From: Chlorokybus atmophyticus
Taxonomy: Eukaryota; Plantae; Mesostigma and Chlorokybus algae
Length of the DNA stretch: 64,000 bases
Assembly (NCBI GenBank): GCA_009103225.1
Contig: RHPI01002438.1
Location: forward strand, 1 to 64,000
Direction: 5' to 3'
Shown: positions 11,801 to 24,330 of the stretch, in pieces
How the letters are laid out: every line of letters starts with the position of its first letter
Position numbering within the stretch: the first letter of the stretch is position 1
Notes under the pieces: generated by a model
Seen by the model: only the letters and a program-made list of their open reading frames with translations
Database searches by the model: none
Told to the model about the DNA's origin: nothing
Position numbers and translations under genes: made by a program

Positions 11801-12911
11801 CGCGCCGAAGCTGAGGAGAACATGTTTGTGCGTCTGCCTATCAGCAAGCAGGACAAGAAGCAGTTGAAGGCGGCGCGTCGTGGCACAAGTGTCGCTGTCG
11901 CCCTGGAAGACTTTGAAGACGATGTTGCTGACATAGTCGGCATGGCCGAGGCATTGCAGGCATGTCTCCTTCTAACGCCATTGTCCGTGTTACTGTCACT
12001 TTTGTTGATGAGCAGCGTTCTCATATGTGGTGCACTATTTCAGAATGGCAGGCCAGCAGACGGCAAACGTGCGCAGCTTGGGCTGGAGGTTGCCGACGCA
12101 GCTGCTAGGCGCAATAAGGATCGCGGCGTGTCAGGGGATGCTGATATCCCCTTTAGAGACGACCTCGGGGAGCGCAGGTTGCGCATCGCATTAGCAGTTG
12201 TGGCCATTTTCCCTCGCCAATCCTGTCCCCAGCACAGTGCATGCGTGTTTTGTGTATGTGCAACTTCACATCACCTTTGCTGAAGTTTTATTGGCAGGCG
12301 GAAGCACGAGCAGCGCTTGACTGCAACAGCTGCTAAGCGGGGTGCGGCTGAAGCATTTATTTCTGATGAAGAGCCTGGCGCCAGTGATGGAGAGGTAAGC
12401 ATCTCGGTGAAGGTTGAGACATGGCAGGATCAATTATGATGACAACCTATGCTATACAATCTTTGCGCAGGCGAGCGAAGACGAGGTTTACAAACAAGCG
12501 CAAGAACAGAGCAGAAAAAAGAAGCAGGCCAAGCAAGAGCTCTATGCTAAACCCGCGAACATACCCATGGAAGAGGACACACCAGAAGGTGGTACACGTA
12601 CCTGTGTTGGGCGCAACTGCAGCATGTTGTCCTTGACGCGTTTGTTTCCAATGCACACATGGTTTCTGTGATTACTGACTTGCGTGTGGACAGGCAAGCG
12701 AGGCATATCTTACCAGATCAGCAAGAACAAAGGCCTTACACCGCATCGGAGAAAGGACGCAAAGAACCCTCGCAAGAAGCTTCGCGGCAAGTTTGCTAAG
12801 GCTGTTGTTCGGCGCAAGGGTGCCGTGCGTGAAGTGCGTGGACAAAGCGCACCTTATGGCGGCGAGGCCACAGGCATCAAGTCCAATGTTACTCGTGGTA
12901 TTAAGTTCTAA
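8801..12911 (+). CDS. SAS10: Sas10/Utp3 U3 snoRNP (SSU processome) protein, multi-exon
   Basis: N-terminal RG-rich start, DEIDE|FHKQRDKI, acidic tracts. Sas10/Utp3/C1D region LSFLEAKHLLLLSYCTNLVFYFLLKAEGRSVKDHPVITRLVQIRTYLEK|VRPIDKKLQYQIDKLL. C-terminal Sas10 domain ISKNKGLTPHRRKDAKNPRKKLR...GIKSNVTRGIKF*. Confidence 0.95.
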
Positions 12912-13281
12912 TATGTTCGGCTTACCCAAGGCAGCTGATTGCTGTGATGTGAGCCACCCCATGTGTGTCAGAAGCTCGCTTATCGCTTGCGAGAGATTTT
13001 ACCTTGCCACGTGTGCCGGTTGCTGTTGTGACATCAGAGCCTTGAACTACATATTGGGACATGGCTTTCAAAAGATAGCGTGCACTGTCATCATTGACGC
13101 TGGTGACTGACAACATTGGCAAGCTGTTGATCTGACAAAATAGGCGTTGTGCATGCATCAAACAAATGATGACAATGTGCACCAGTACAAGCGCATCAGT
13201 ACACCAAGCGGCCGTTGTGCAGGTGACTGTGACTGCGACATACATGCATGCCGGCATAGTAGTACACCCCTTTTGTATACA

Positions 13282-13806
13282 TGCATGTCTAACGGGGCTA
13301 GGCAATAGTGATGGTGTAGTACAGATTAGCCCGGTGGTAACAATGAACTCTTGTATAGAGATCTTGTATACAGAATGATGTAGTGCGGCTGTGCATTGAT
13401 GTTGTTGTCGCATGCATGTGCCTCACACAGCACTTCACATATCCTATACCCATACCAACACAAGGCAGCATTGAACGAGCATCATGTACGCCACGCATCA
13501 GCCTGGGGTCTCGTTGAACTAGCCAGCAGTATTGGCAATCCCCACAACGCAATTGTATACATGGGGCTCCGGGCTTGCTGTCCTGCTGCTGCTGCTCTGC
13601 CTATTCCGTATTTGCACATGGACTCCAGCCCCCGTAGTTGTGTGTGTGTGTGTGTACATCAAATGCAGGACATGCATGCGCATGCACATCGTGTAGTTCA
13701 GTCAGCACGCAGCAACACATGCAAGGTGTCGTACAAATGACAATTAGTTGACCACCGGGCTACTACTAGCACGCTAATCTACTGCCTCTACCCCGTTAGA
13801 CATGCA
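13282..13806. mobile_element. MITE-like element with 16-bp terminal inverted repeats and a shared subterminal motif
   Basis: TGCATGTCTAACGGGG at 13282 and its reverse complement ending at 13806; both arms then carry TAGCCCGGTGG. No coding capacity; no clear TSD. Confidence 0.55.
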
Positions 13807-15617
13807 GCAGTCAATATGCAGTTGGTAATCACCTGCCCACATGGGCGTTGGTCAGTTGTTGGCGCTTTCGGTCACGCAGACAGCATGCACATTGGCGACC
13901 AGGACTCCCCCTCCCTCTCTCCCTGGCTCCGCCTCCTTCCTCGCCCTCTCCTAGCGAGGGTTTGCTGGGTTGTGTCGTGGTTGCGTTGCACTGCCGACGT
14001 CAGCAGTGCCTGGTCCAGTGCCCTCCGCACAGGTTGTGCTGTGTTCGGTTTGGGTGCTGGGCTGGTGTGTGTGTGTGTGTGTGTGTGTGTTGTGTATAGC
14101 TAGTTGGTTTGCTGTGGCTGTTGTGCTGCTTGTAATGCGATGAGTTCATGTGCTTGTGGACCTATGCAATCTGGCCACCCCTTTCTCTACACTACCCTAT
14201 GTGTCTGCCCGACAACTTCTCACTTGCTGGCAGTGGTTGTGTTGTACAGAAAATGCGAGAGGGGTATGCCCATTCAGACCACACCATGCAACACTCTGTA
14301 CAACACATCTCGTTGCTACACACACAACCACCGGGCTACCTACTCTGTATTGTGTGGGTACCGGGTGCTCCATCATACATGTTGGCGCAAGGGGTGTCAT
14401 TCAGAGAGTTTTGGCACTGTCTCTGTGTGTGCATATAAAGGTGTGTTTTACCTTGCGGCAATCACAAGTTCTATGAATGCGCACAAACAACTCAACGCAT
14501 TGAGATATGGAGTCGAGCATTGCTGTGACATACGCAAGCAGAAACATGTGCATGTGAGCACACAAATTCCACGATGAGTTGTGGTGGTTATCGATTGGTA
14601 GTATGTTCACGCACAATGCATGCGCATATGCTCACTCGCATCTTTTATACACTCATAATTTGTGCACATCATTGCACACTTGGAGCAGCCCCCGCCCCCG
14701 CCCCCGCCCCTGCAATCAGGCAGAGACTGCAGCAAATTGCAGCAAACGGGCGGCGGCGGCGGCGGCGGCGGTGCTGCTGAAAGGGGTGTGCGAGGTGCNA
14801 AGTATGACTTTCATTGTTACCGCTATAATAACTTCTACATATACACAACAAAGCTTAGCCCCAAGAAAAATCTTATACGGTGTATTTAGCAGTAATGCCT
14901 GCATTGGCATTTGTAATGCTCTTTATCTTGCAATTGCATTAAAGTTTTCAACTTTGTGGCTCGGCAAGCAGCATCCGTTGGTCGTTGCTGTACAATACGC
15001 AAGCCGTATGTGGTTCATTCCACGCATCACGTTCAATGCGATACCCATTTTTATGCATTTAGTATCGTTAAAGTTTAACGCAAATCTGATCGTGCGCTTT
15101 TCATTCGAAAAAGCTTTGCACGAAAAGTGCATTGAATTAAATCGCATGGTACATTTCACACCATGCTATTATGGGATGATTGCCGTGCTTGGATCGATCT
15201 TAACACTGAAGAGCTAACCCAACTGCTTCATTGTGTACTGTTATGTGAGCTCGATATAACATGCTAGATGAAATGTCGCGGTGTTTGAATCACACTCCCG
15301 AAGTAGTAGAGCGTTTATCATACCTTATTTTAAATATTAATTTTTATAACGTAACATAACCAAGCTTGTTGCGCTGTTCGGCATATAATAACCGTTGACA
15401 TAAATTACGAATACGGCCTTTGCTTTGCATGTGTAGGAAAAATAAATATACCATGTATGTAGTACACACGAGCACGTGTATTGAACCGCACATACAATTA
15501 TATGTGTATGTTTGCTGTATTTACCCACATTTACCCGCATGAGCTCGGCTTGGCAGGGTCCAACATATACATTGAAGGGCTTCACAAAAGGCTGTTGTCT
15601 GTGCTTGTATGTGTGTT

Positions 15618-15667
15618 GTAGCTACTTTTGCTATGATAGCCTAGTGGTCGGAAGCCAATATGTTACT
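15618..15667 (+). mobile_element. Remnant of a TRIM LTR (3' part)
   Basis: GTAGCTACTTTTGCTATGATAGCCTAGTGGTCGGAAGCCAATATGTTACT matches the hairpin-T4-box A-TGTTAC core of the TRIM LTRs; no PBS or box B follows. Confidence 0.55.
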
Positions 15668-16675
15668 AACATTAAAAAGTTATTTGTTGAAGATAATAAT
15701 TGTATTATACGCAACGACACCACACACATTTGACAACACATGCATCACATGTTGAATTTAAAAAGGCTTCTCTTTTCTACACTTTACTTTATTTACTTTA
15801 CCTAACAATAACGGGCAAAACCTATCTTACTCTATAGCAATGTATTCTACTTTATACTTACTAGACTAAGACTTCTCTGCAACAAGTACCAAGTTGTTAT
15901 TTATTACCCTGCGCGCTGCTGCAGCACCGGCAGCGAATAATAAAAGCCGATTACCCCGGGAATGCATAACTTATGATGCATGCATCTATCAATTGCCAGA
16001 TGTAAAAGCTTGATTATCCAAACCAAGGTAACTATGTCAGCAAAGTAAAGCAAAGCAAAAGCAATCTCAGTTTAGTCTAGCAAGTAAAGTACCGCAGTTA
16101 AGTAATATTAAATTCCTAGTAAAATAATACCTTGCTTTACAATCTTTTCTCATTAACAAAAAGAAATGTTTTGATATGATAGTAAAGTGAAAGCCACACC
16201 GCCTGAGCTTGTTACTGCAATAATCAGCCATATAGCGCTCATGCTCGCGCGAGTGCGTGCTGTCAAATGCTACTGACCCAATTAGTCATGCATATGATGA
16301 CATAGGCCCGAATTATATATAAATATATATAAACAGACACAACGCAGTCATGCATTTATGTGCATGTATGGCCTTGGTAACGTGCACTGTACGTTGTTGT
16401 GTTAACCGTTTCCTACGCCATTGATGCCAATCAGTCCCTCCATAGCCAAAGTTGTTTGTGCAACGCACACTGTGCATGCGCATTGGGGGAGGGGCTTCTG
16501 GAGAGCTGCAGTAAAGTCAGCGTGGGCACATGCTCCCGCCCCTATGTTAAGTCGGTAAACGGGACGGTAGATTGCACAGTTTAACGCTTGGTCACTCTCC
16601 TGTGAACAGGACACCTGCCTTTTGTCGGCGAAAGTATAACCGCAAACGGCTGTGCTGTTAAGGCTCGACCGTGCA

Positions 16676-16682
16676 TATAAAA
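16676..16682 (+). promoter_or_regulatory. Candidate TATA box for the TALE homeobox gene
   Basis: TATAAAA about 190 bp upstream of candidate start codons; position only. Confidence 0.25.
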
Positions 16683-16869
16683 GCAGCTGCATGCATGCCA
16701 GTGCTGTTGCTGTGTGCCTGTGTGAATGCGTCTGGCCCGCATTGCCCGCCCTATTCGTGTGATGTGCTTGAGCTAGCTTGACGAGCTAATTTGCTGCTGC
16801 TGTTTATGTTCCTCGTTGGCGGAGCAAGCATCTGCACTGGTGTGCGCCGATCTGCTTGCTTGCATGTTG

Positions 16870-19800
16870 GGATGGAGCTCAAGAGCAGTGGATGCTGAGC
16901 ACAGCAATGTGCGTAACGTGGCACCAGTTATGGCAGCTAGTTACCCGGCAAGACTGTTTTCACGTACTTTTAGCGGAGGTGCGAGCATGCCTGCCTGCGT
17001 GCTTGACAGGCAGCAGCTCGCCCAGCACTAACCGGCTGGTGTTAGCGATGGCTTGAAGGCTGCCAAACTGGTGTTGAGCTCCGGCTTGGGCATTGTACAT
17101 TACGATGATGTCGCCAGGCTTGCCTTTCCTGGTCGGGGACCTGGCACTGTGCGAAGAGTTCGACAGAACGAGCGGTCAGCTGGATGACATTGTGCGGAGC
17201 ATACATGTACCTTCAGCAGCGCCACGTTTTGCTGCTCCAGGCTGGGGAGCTGAGCCAGCTTCTGCTGTCACTTCAGGTACTACTTCTGTCATGTCAAAGG
17301 CAGAGAAACTCTTTCCTCCGTCAACCCGTAGAACAGCTCAGCTGTCCAACTGGTGCAAGTTGCTCAACATAATCTCGTTGTCATGGTGACCAGTGTTAAA
17401 ACTCGCGTGTTAAAACTCGCGGTGCATACTGTTTTGTCAACGTAAGCAACATCAGCACACGCACACATGGCATGAAGTGAGCTTGGCGGCTGTCGTTGCC
17501 CGTTACTTTGGGTCGTTTAGACATACTGGGCTTGCTGTACTAGTCACTACATGCAACTGACGTCGGTAGACTAGGTTACAGTCATGTGTCATGTTGGACT
17601 GTGGGTAAACGCGAGCAAGCTTTGTTAATCATGCTGTTTTGCTATTAAATCCCCAAGCTGTACATGCACTGCTTGTCGCTGTTCCAGTCAGAAGCATTTA
17701 CGTCGTTGGCATACACCGCTGATATGATGTACAGTCAATTTCAAAACACCAATCGTAGGTGTAGTCATCAGCTTGGAGCATGTGATATACTGCACACGGC
17801 ACAAGAAAACCCTCCAACATTGCATCCAAATTAGCATCAAACTACAGCAGGTCTTTGCGTCGAACATGGTCATAAGGGAGCATAAGCATTGGCCAGACAG
17901 CATGCGCAAGAATCCCACTGTGTAACACAGGGGGGAGTGCCCTGCTACCTCTTTCAAGTGGATACCGTGTGGATGTTGTGCAGGTGCATCCTGCACAACA
18001 TGCTTGGATATGGCGCAGCTGATCCCAGCCCAAGCACAGCGCTCAACAGTAGTAGGCTGGGGCGATGGTTATCTTGCGAGTGTTGTTCAATTGCAGGGAA
18101 CCTGTCAGCAACAAGCAGAGGAGTGCTCGCTGACAAGCAGTATTGCTCGTCGTGATGGCGAGCCACACGTCTCCCAGCAACAGCAATCCATAACTGCATC
18201 ATTTGCCAGTTCCCGCAGCCAAGCGACAGTAACAAAAGTCCAGTATCTCCAGGCCCTGCAGGTAAGGTTGCTTGCAAACAGAACACAGGCGTCGCAACAC
18301 GTTGCGAGCAACTCTGTCTGCAAAAGCTGCTCACGAGGTGAGCCATGAGTCATGCGGTGCACAGTCCAGATTTGTCTCGTGCGTGCTTGCAGGAAGCACT
18401 TGCCGAATACCTACCAGTGACAGCAACACCCAAAAACACAACAGGTAACTTCTCTTCCCCTTCGCCCCAAACACGTGCGTTCGTGTACACGAAGGCATAC
18501 ATACACATACTCGCACACACATGTACAAAGCACGCACACCTACCCCAGTGCACGCGTGCGGGCACATGCGCGTGCGCACGGAGAGCAGTCACATACGCGC
18601 GGTTGTTGTGGTCAGTGCGTTTGTCGCTTTGGCAAGCCACAATAGGTGTTTTACATAAAGTAAGCTTTGACGCTGATATGTTATGGGCTGCTCGTTGGCT
18701 TCCTGAATACTTACCTCAAGCGATCATGCGCAGGCATTGGAACTGCTGTACATATACCTGAGGTGAGTTACTGGTCTTCCACATGTAGCTACTTCAGCGC
18801 ATCCTGATAAGGCAACAATGATATGGCCTTTCTGCAGACTCTTGACCGTGCTCGTCCTTCCAAGATTGCAACTTGGATTGACGGGTTTGTCAAGAGAAGG
18901 CTGACAAGCATAAACCTGGGGGACACGGCAAAAGAGTACTACTACTACTCTGCTGGATGGCAAGCATACACAAGGGCCCCTCAAGCGCATTCGCAACGAC
19001 AGCTGCAGCTTTGCCTTGAGCACTTCCAGGTGCTGCAGCCTGCGTGACCTAAATGCTTGTATGGAAGTGTCTAGCTTGAGTAGGATGCACATGCGAAGTA
19101 TTATGCTGCCAAGTTGATCAAGCAAGCGTCTGTCAGCATATTGGTATTGATGTTGTTAATGTTCTTACAGCAGCCATTGCGTGCAGAACCTGCTGACGGT
19201 TTTAGAAGAAGAATGTCGTGCACTGAGCACTGCGTTTCTGCAAGTTCTGGTGAGGGGCTGCATTGAACTGGTCGCTGCGAGTGGAACTTCCGGCGCATCA
19301 AGCTCTGCTGTTACTGCCAAACTTCGGTGGGCTATCACTGAGGAGGTAAGCACGCGGTTGAAGCACAGTAGTAACTGTCTTTGCGAAAGACCTGCAGCTC
19401 TGCAGGCGTTTGCAGCTCAAGGCACAGCATAAATGTTAACACAGGTGCCTGTTGAACAGGAAGCAGTGCTTCGGCTGGCCACCATCGTGAACAAGTTTGA
19501 GGGAGCACGACGCTACGTATCAAAGCAGTTTGCAGAGGTAAGCGCTCAATTTCAAGGTGACCTCGTGGCGCATGTGGCAGCAACTTCAGGCAGTTGGCGA
19601 TTTCACAACTGAGCATGCCTCAGCCCAACGTACGTATACATACAAGCTGCATGTGCATGCATGATGTGTTTAGGTGTGCCAACGGATGTGCGCGCAGCAA
19701 CGCATTGTCGAGAACAAGGAACGACCACGCTTGTCGCAAGATAATGCAGAGTCGCATCACGTACAGTGCGTTCTCAGGTAATGCACAGATGAGAATCTTC

Positions 19801-20709
19801 TTTGCATCTGTTGTGAGATGCGATAGCCATTGTTATCCCTTCCTTCAATCAGAGACAGTTTTGGTGGTGTCAAACGAAATGCACAGGGACTGGCTTTTGG
19901 ATAACTTCGACAACCCATACCCAACTGAGGAGCAGAGGCAAGAGCTCTGTCGTCGGACGGGTCTCATGCGTGAGCAGGTCGGTTTACTAATCGCTGAGTT
20001 GGTCGTGCTTTGCAGGCTTTGTAGCTTAAGGCAGGTTTTTATGCCTGGTTGGTCAGCCGAACCGACTGAACATGTGACCCACGTGCGCAGGTGCGAATAT
20101 GGCTTTCCAACACGAGGCTGCGCGTGTGGAAGCCCCTGCTAAAAGAGGTGTGCGGGCTGACTGAGGAAGAGCTGGGGGGCTCCGACGGGACAGTGACAGC
20201 AAGCACACAAGAGGTCCTGCCGTGTGTTCAACCACTTGCGCAAAGCGGGTATGCACCAGTATTCATGACATATGTTGAGGCTCAAAGCTGCAGACGTGTC
20301 CATGCTGCCATTGTCGACATTGGCAGTTGTGCTAGTTCGTCAACATAATCATGATGACGAACCAACACGACTGAGTGACCCTAAATGAGTGACCCTGCAT
20401 GAGTGACCCTGCATGCTCGGTGCGTTAGTCTTTATTCACGCACATTTATGTTGTAGGTGTAGCTATGGCTGTTTGCGGTGGCTGCGTGACTACTTGCTGA
20501 GCTCGACGGGTCCACGCGCGAGTCTTTCATTGTCTCACAGTCTCTGGCTGTACAGGTTGTCTCCGTTGTCACGCAATCGGCGCACGTGCGCATTGCCACC
20601 AGGGAGCTACTCTGGCGGTGTGGACACGCCGGATGAAGGGACCAACACAAAGTGGGACGACACAGATGTTCCGCATAGCTTGGCGCGGCAAGCACAGGTT
20701 TGTGTCTGA
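16870..20709 (+). CDS. TALE-class homeodomain transcription factor, BELL-like/non-KNOX; 5' end uncertain
   Basis: Spliced homeodomain ...VLR|DWLLDNFDNPYPTEEQRQELCRRTGLMREQ|VRIWLSNTRLRVWKPLLKE (about 19670-20145) has the TALE PYP loop and a BELL-like R-x-WKP tail. Upstream helical exons (LEEECRALSTAFLQVLVRG...). Exons before about 18.8 kb are poorly resolved. Confidence 0.8.
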
Positions 20710-21515
20710 CTATGCAGATTGCATCTAACTGAATTGCTATGGCACTTGTGCTCAGCCACGTTGTCACTGACGTTCTGATATGTTAGGATCGGTTCTCGGG
20801 TGCAATCTCCTTAAAGGCTGCAGTACGTAACAAGCGCTCTTCTCAGCGTCGACTACAGATGTAGGTTCAAGACCGGTTGGCGAACGATTTGTGTGCATTG
20901 CCTAGCGTTGGTGGAATTGCCTGGCAGGTGAGCATCACATTGAGCCGTGTAGCCGTGTTGCACATCTTTTAAAATAGAAGTTGACTTAAGTAGCGCGTAG
21001 ATCCTATGTGAACTGCACATGAAGTCTTGGTACACTGAAGTGGCGCCTTACAGTAAAAGTAAAGAAATATAGCAGGCTGGTGAGTTGCTGCAGAGTGAGC
21101 ACCTGCAGGCGCTGTGCTACACAAACAGCTCCAAAGGATCGCTACTGGCTGCTTGGTTTGCCGACACATGATGGCAACGCATTTCCGGCATCATACCATA
21201 GCTTATGTCACTTGAAGACTCCGTAGTGTCTCACACAAAACGGCAATCAAATACATGTCGCAGAACAGCTGCCTGCAATGCATTGGGAAGCTCTCCTGAG
21301 TACTACTACATTAATCAACAACTCCACAGGCACTTGCCACAGATCAGCTACCCAAGGGCTGCATGGTGATTGAGAAAACTCTCGACCACATCTGCGCTCA
21401 ACAAAGGTGCTTGATAACAACTGGTGGTGCCATGCGGATATGTCGTACAGCGCGCTGACACTTTGACATGTGCTGACATATACACTTCATAGCAATGGCA
21501 ACACCCTGCCACATC

Positions 21516-23325
21516 TCATGAATGCGCATCACCGTTCTCATCTTCCTCATCCTGCCACAGCACAAAGATGAACCAACATCCTCATGTCTCAATGTAGCCA
21601 CAAGCAGCTGCGCATGTCAATAGAGTCTCACCTCCACACCAACCCAACCCTCAAATGCGAACAGAAACTCCTTGAAGGAGATCTTGCCGTTGCCGTCCCA
21701 GTCCATTTCATCTGGGAACCGCCGCAGACGGTAAGTACCAACATGAAGCAAACATGCATGGGGTGATGGGGGAAGCTCTACAACAGATGCGTAAAACACA
21801 TCGCACCAAAACGCTTTGAGCTCAACATGCCGCCGCTGGCACCGGGGGACGACTCATTGAAAACTGCACACACCTGCAACGAGCATACAACATGAGCTCA
21901 TATGGCCATGTGAACACCTGAAAGGTAATCAAAGGCCAATCCAACTAGTTGACTGATGTACTTCATGCTTTGTGACATAGCCATCGGCGTCCCGATCAAA
22001 GTGCAAAAACGCGTCCACGATGACTTCGAGGGTCTTCTCCAGCTCCACCATGTCCTTGCCGCCCTCCACCTGCGCGTTGCCGTGCGCGCAGCATGTGGGC
22101 ACTGGCACATTGAAGGTTGTACACGTTGGACACAACTGTCGGTCTAACACACACCTCGCTGGGTTTGCGCGTCAAGTAGAGGATGGCCAGAGCGATGAGG
22201 AACTCCCGGAAAGAGATGTTGTCGTTGTGGTTCATGTCGCTCTCCTCGAACAGCTCAGTGACCTCCTCATCTGAAGCCTGCCGGTAGTGCGGGGTACATG
22301 AATGGAAGTGCTGAGTAAAGAACCATCACAGCATCAAATGATGACAAAACTTGACTGACCTTCACGCCCATGCGCGCAAAGCAGGATTTCAGGTCCTCCT
22401 TAACGATGGACCCATTGCCGTGAGTATCTGCGAGTTTGTACACATACCACATCATACACGGCCAGCAGTTGAGCTTGCGGTGAGCAAGTGAAGCGCGGAC
22501 ACATGCGTGACTGCGTGGGTGCGCTAAAGGGTGCATGTGTGGGCATATGTGCCTGTCTTCCTAGTGTCCACGCATAAGAACACGTACCAAACTCGTTGAA
22601 CAGCGAGCGGCAGTTGGAAAACACATGCTGTATCTTTGGAAACGCGAGCAATATGCTGTTGAAGCTCTTTGTCGTCCGGTTTGGCTGCCGAGCGCGCTCC
22701 TGTATCGCCTGCAGGGAGCTTTTTGTGGGTTTGTGCCTAAAGCACCCACCGCAAGCTTCATTTTCTGTTTCTGTTCATGGTGTTTTGGGTCGCCCTACGT
22801 TTGACTAATGAATGTCATCAATTTGCTGATTGCCTGTGTTTTAAGTGCTCTAATCGTTATTGGAATATATACCGGTGCGCATGTCCGCAAGACTAGACTG
22901 AGTATCAACAAACAGTAACAACACTGTTTGCACTTACAAGGCAGGATTGCTGGTCACAAAATTCATGACTGAGACCACAACAACACGGAATACTAAAACA
23001 AAAACATGAATACGACAACCCTCGCACTTACCAAGCCTAAGTTGCACACAACCTGCAATGTTGTACTACATATCAAACCGGCCGTTCTTATCGTTCAATG
23101 TGCGTGAGCATCGCATATACACGCACCTTTTCCCGCAACAACTGACTCTGAGACTGACAACGATATTGGCAGTCAAGTAAGTAACTTGACTCTCCCCGGC
23201 CTGTCTTTTCTCTCTGTGCCTAATTCTCTTACCTTCATGAGCTTCAGCTCGAGGTTGTACCCGTGCTTGCTGCCGCCGTCGGCGCCTCTGATAGACGCTT
23301 TGCCTCCAAGGCACATGTTCCCCAT
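21516..23325 (-). CDS. Calmodulin-like EF-hand protein (plant CML21/CML22 type), possible N-myristoylation
   Basis: MGNMCLGG...LELKLMK|AIQERA...SFNSILLAFPKIQHVF...; EF loops DTHGNGSIVKED, DMNHNDNISFRE, DRDADGYVTKHE and EMDWDGNGKISFKEFLFAFEGWVG. Confidence 0.9.
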
Positions 23326-24330
23326 TGTGTGTGATGGAAATGACCAAAACCAAAACAAAGGACTCGACTGACTATCAGGTTTATCACCCCCTCTGGCTCC
23401 TGCTCTACCGTCGCCTCCTTCTCATCGTGCTTCGCAGCCTGGGCGGTGCCAAGGTGCTGGCGGAGGTGGAGAAGGCGGGGGGGGCATTGGCCGGGGGGAG
23501 GCGTGCAGGACAGTGCTCACCAGTCGCCCCTTCCAAGACTACTATACTTTCTTTGTCCACGACACCCAGGCACTACCCTTGCTGGGCTCGCAATCCTCTC
23601 GATTTAAGCAGCGATTGAATCAGATAGGCTCTTACTCTGAACAACAGTTGCAAAGGCACCCCCCCCACCGACACCTCCTCCTCCTCCTCCTCCTCCGCCG
23701 CCGCCGCCGCCGCCGCTGCCTCCTGCGCCCAAATAAATTAATAATATTTTTGTACGCTCCCTCCCCTGCCTGTTTTGCAACGGACCTGAGACTTCCGTTG
23801 CGTGACCCGTACCGCACGACCGCACCCCTTCCCTTCCGTTCCCGAGTAACGCCACTCCTGAAGGTCGTTGTCCCGTAGTACGCTCGGAAGGTGAACAACG
23901 GAAGCAAAGTAAAACACGACACGACAAACAAATGCCAGCAGCAGAGGTTGTTTTTATTTCCTAACAATCACCAGCAGTGGTGGGTCGGGTGTGTAACACT
24001 TGGGGGGAGATACCTAAGCAGTAGTGAACTAAGAACTAAGAAAGCAGCTCACTGCATTAAGCGACACGGGAATCGAGCTCATGACTCGTGCAAGCGCTTG
24101 AGTCAGCCAAAGGAGAGACACACAGTGATCAACACACAGCGACTCTACACCATCAGATGCTGATGTTGATTGATGGCGTGTTGTTGGCCCCATATCGCTT
24201 TGCAAGCGATAGAGCGAGAGCCAGCCAGTATCCATCCCACTCCTGCCTAGCAGCAGAAGATCTAAAGCGAGTAGAGAGTGATTGAGTGAGCTTGCTGTCG
24301 CATTCACACGTTCACAGACAGGGGGTGGAT

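Noticed and set aside
14800-16200. AT-rich block with broken ORFs; considered as an endogenous giant-virus fragment or foldback element
   Set aside because: No viral hallmark motif; the ankyrin-like resemblance and the inverted repeat (15848-15873 vs 16069-16091) are too weak.
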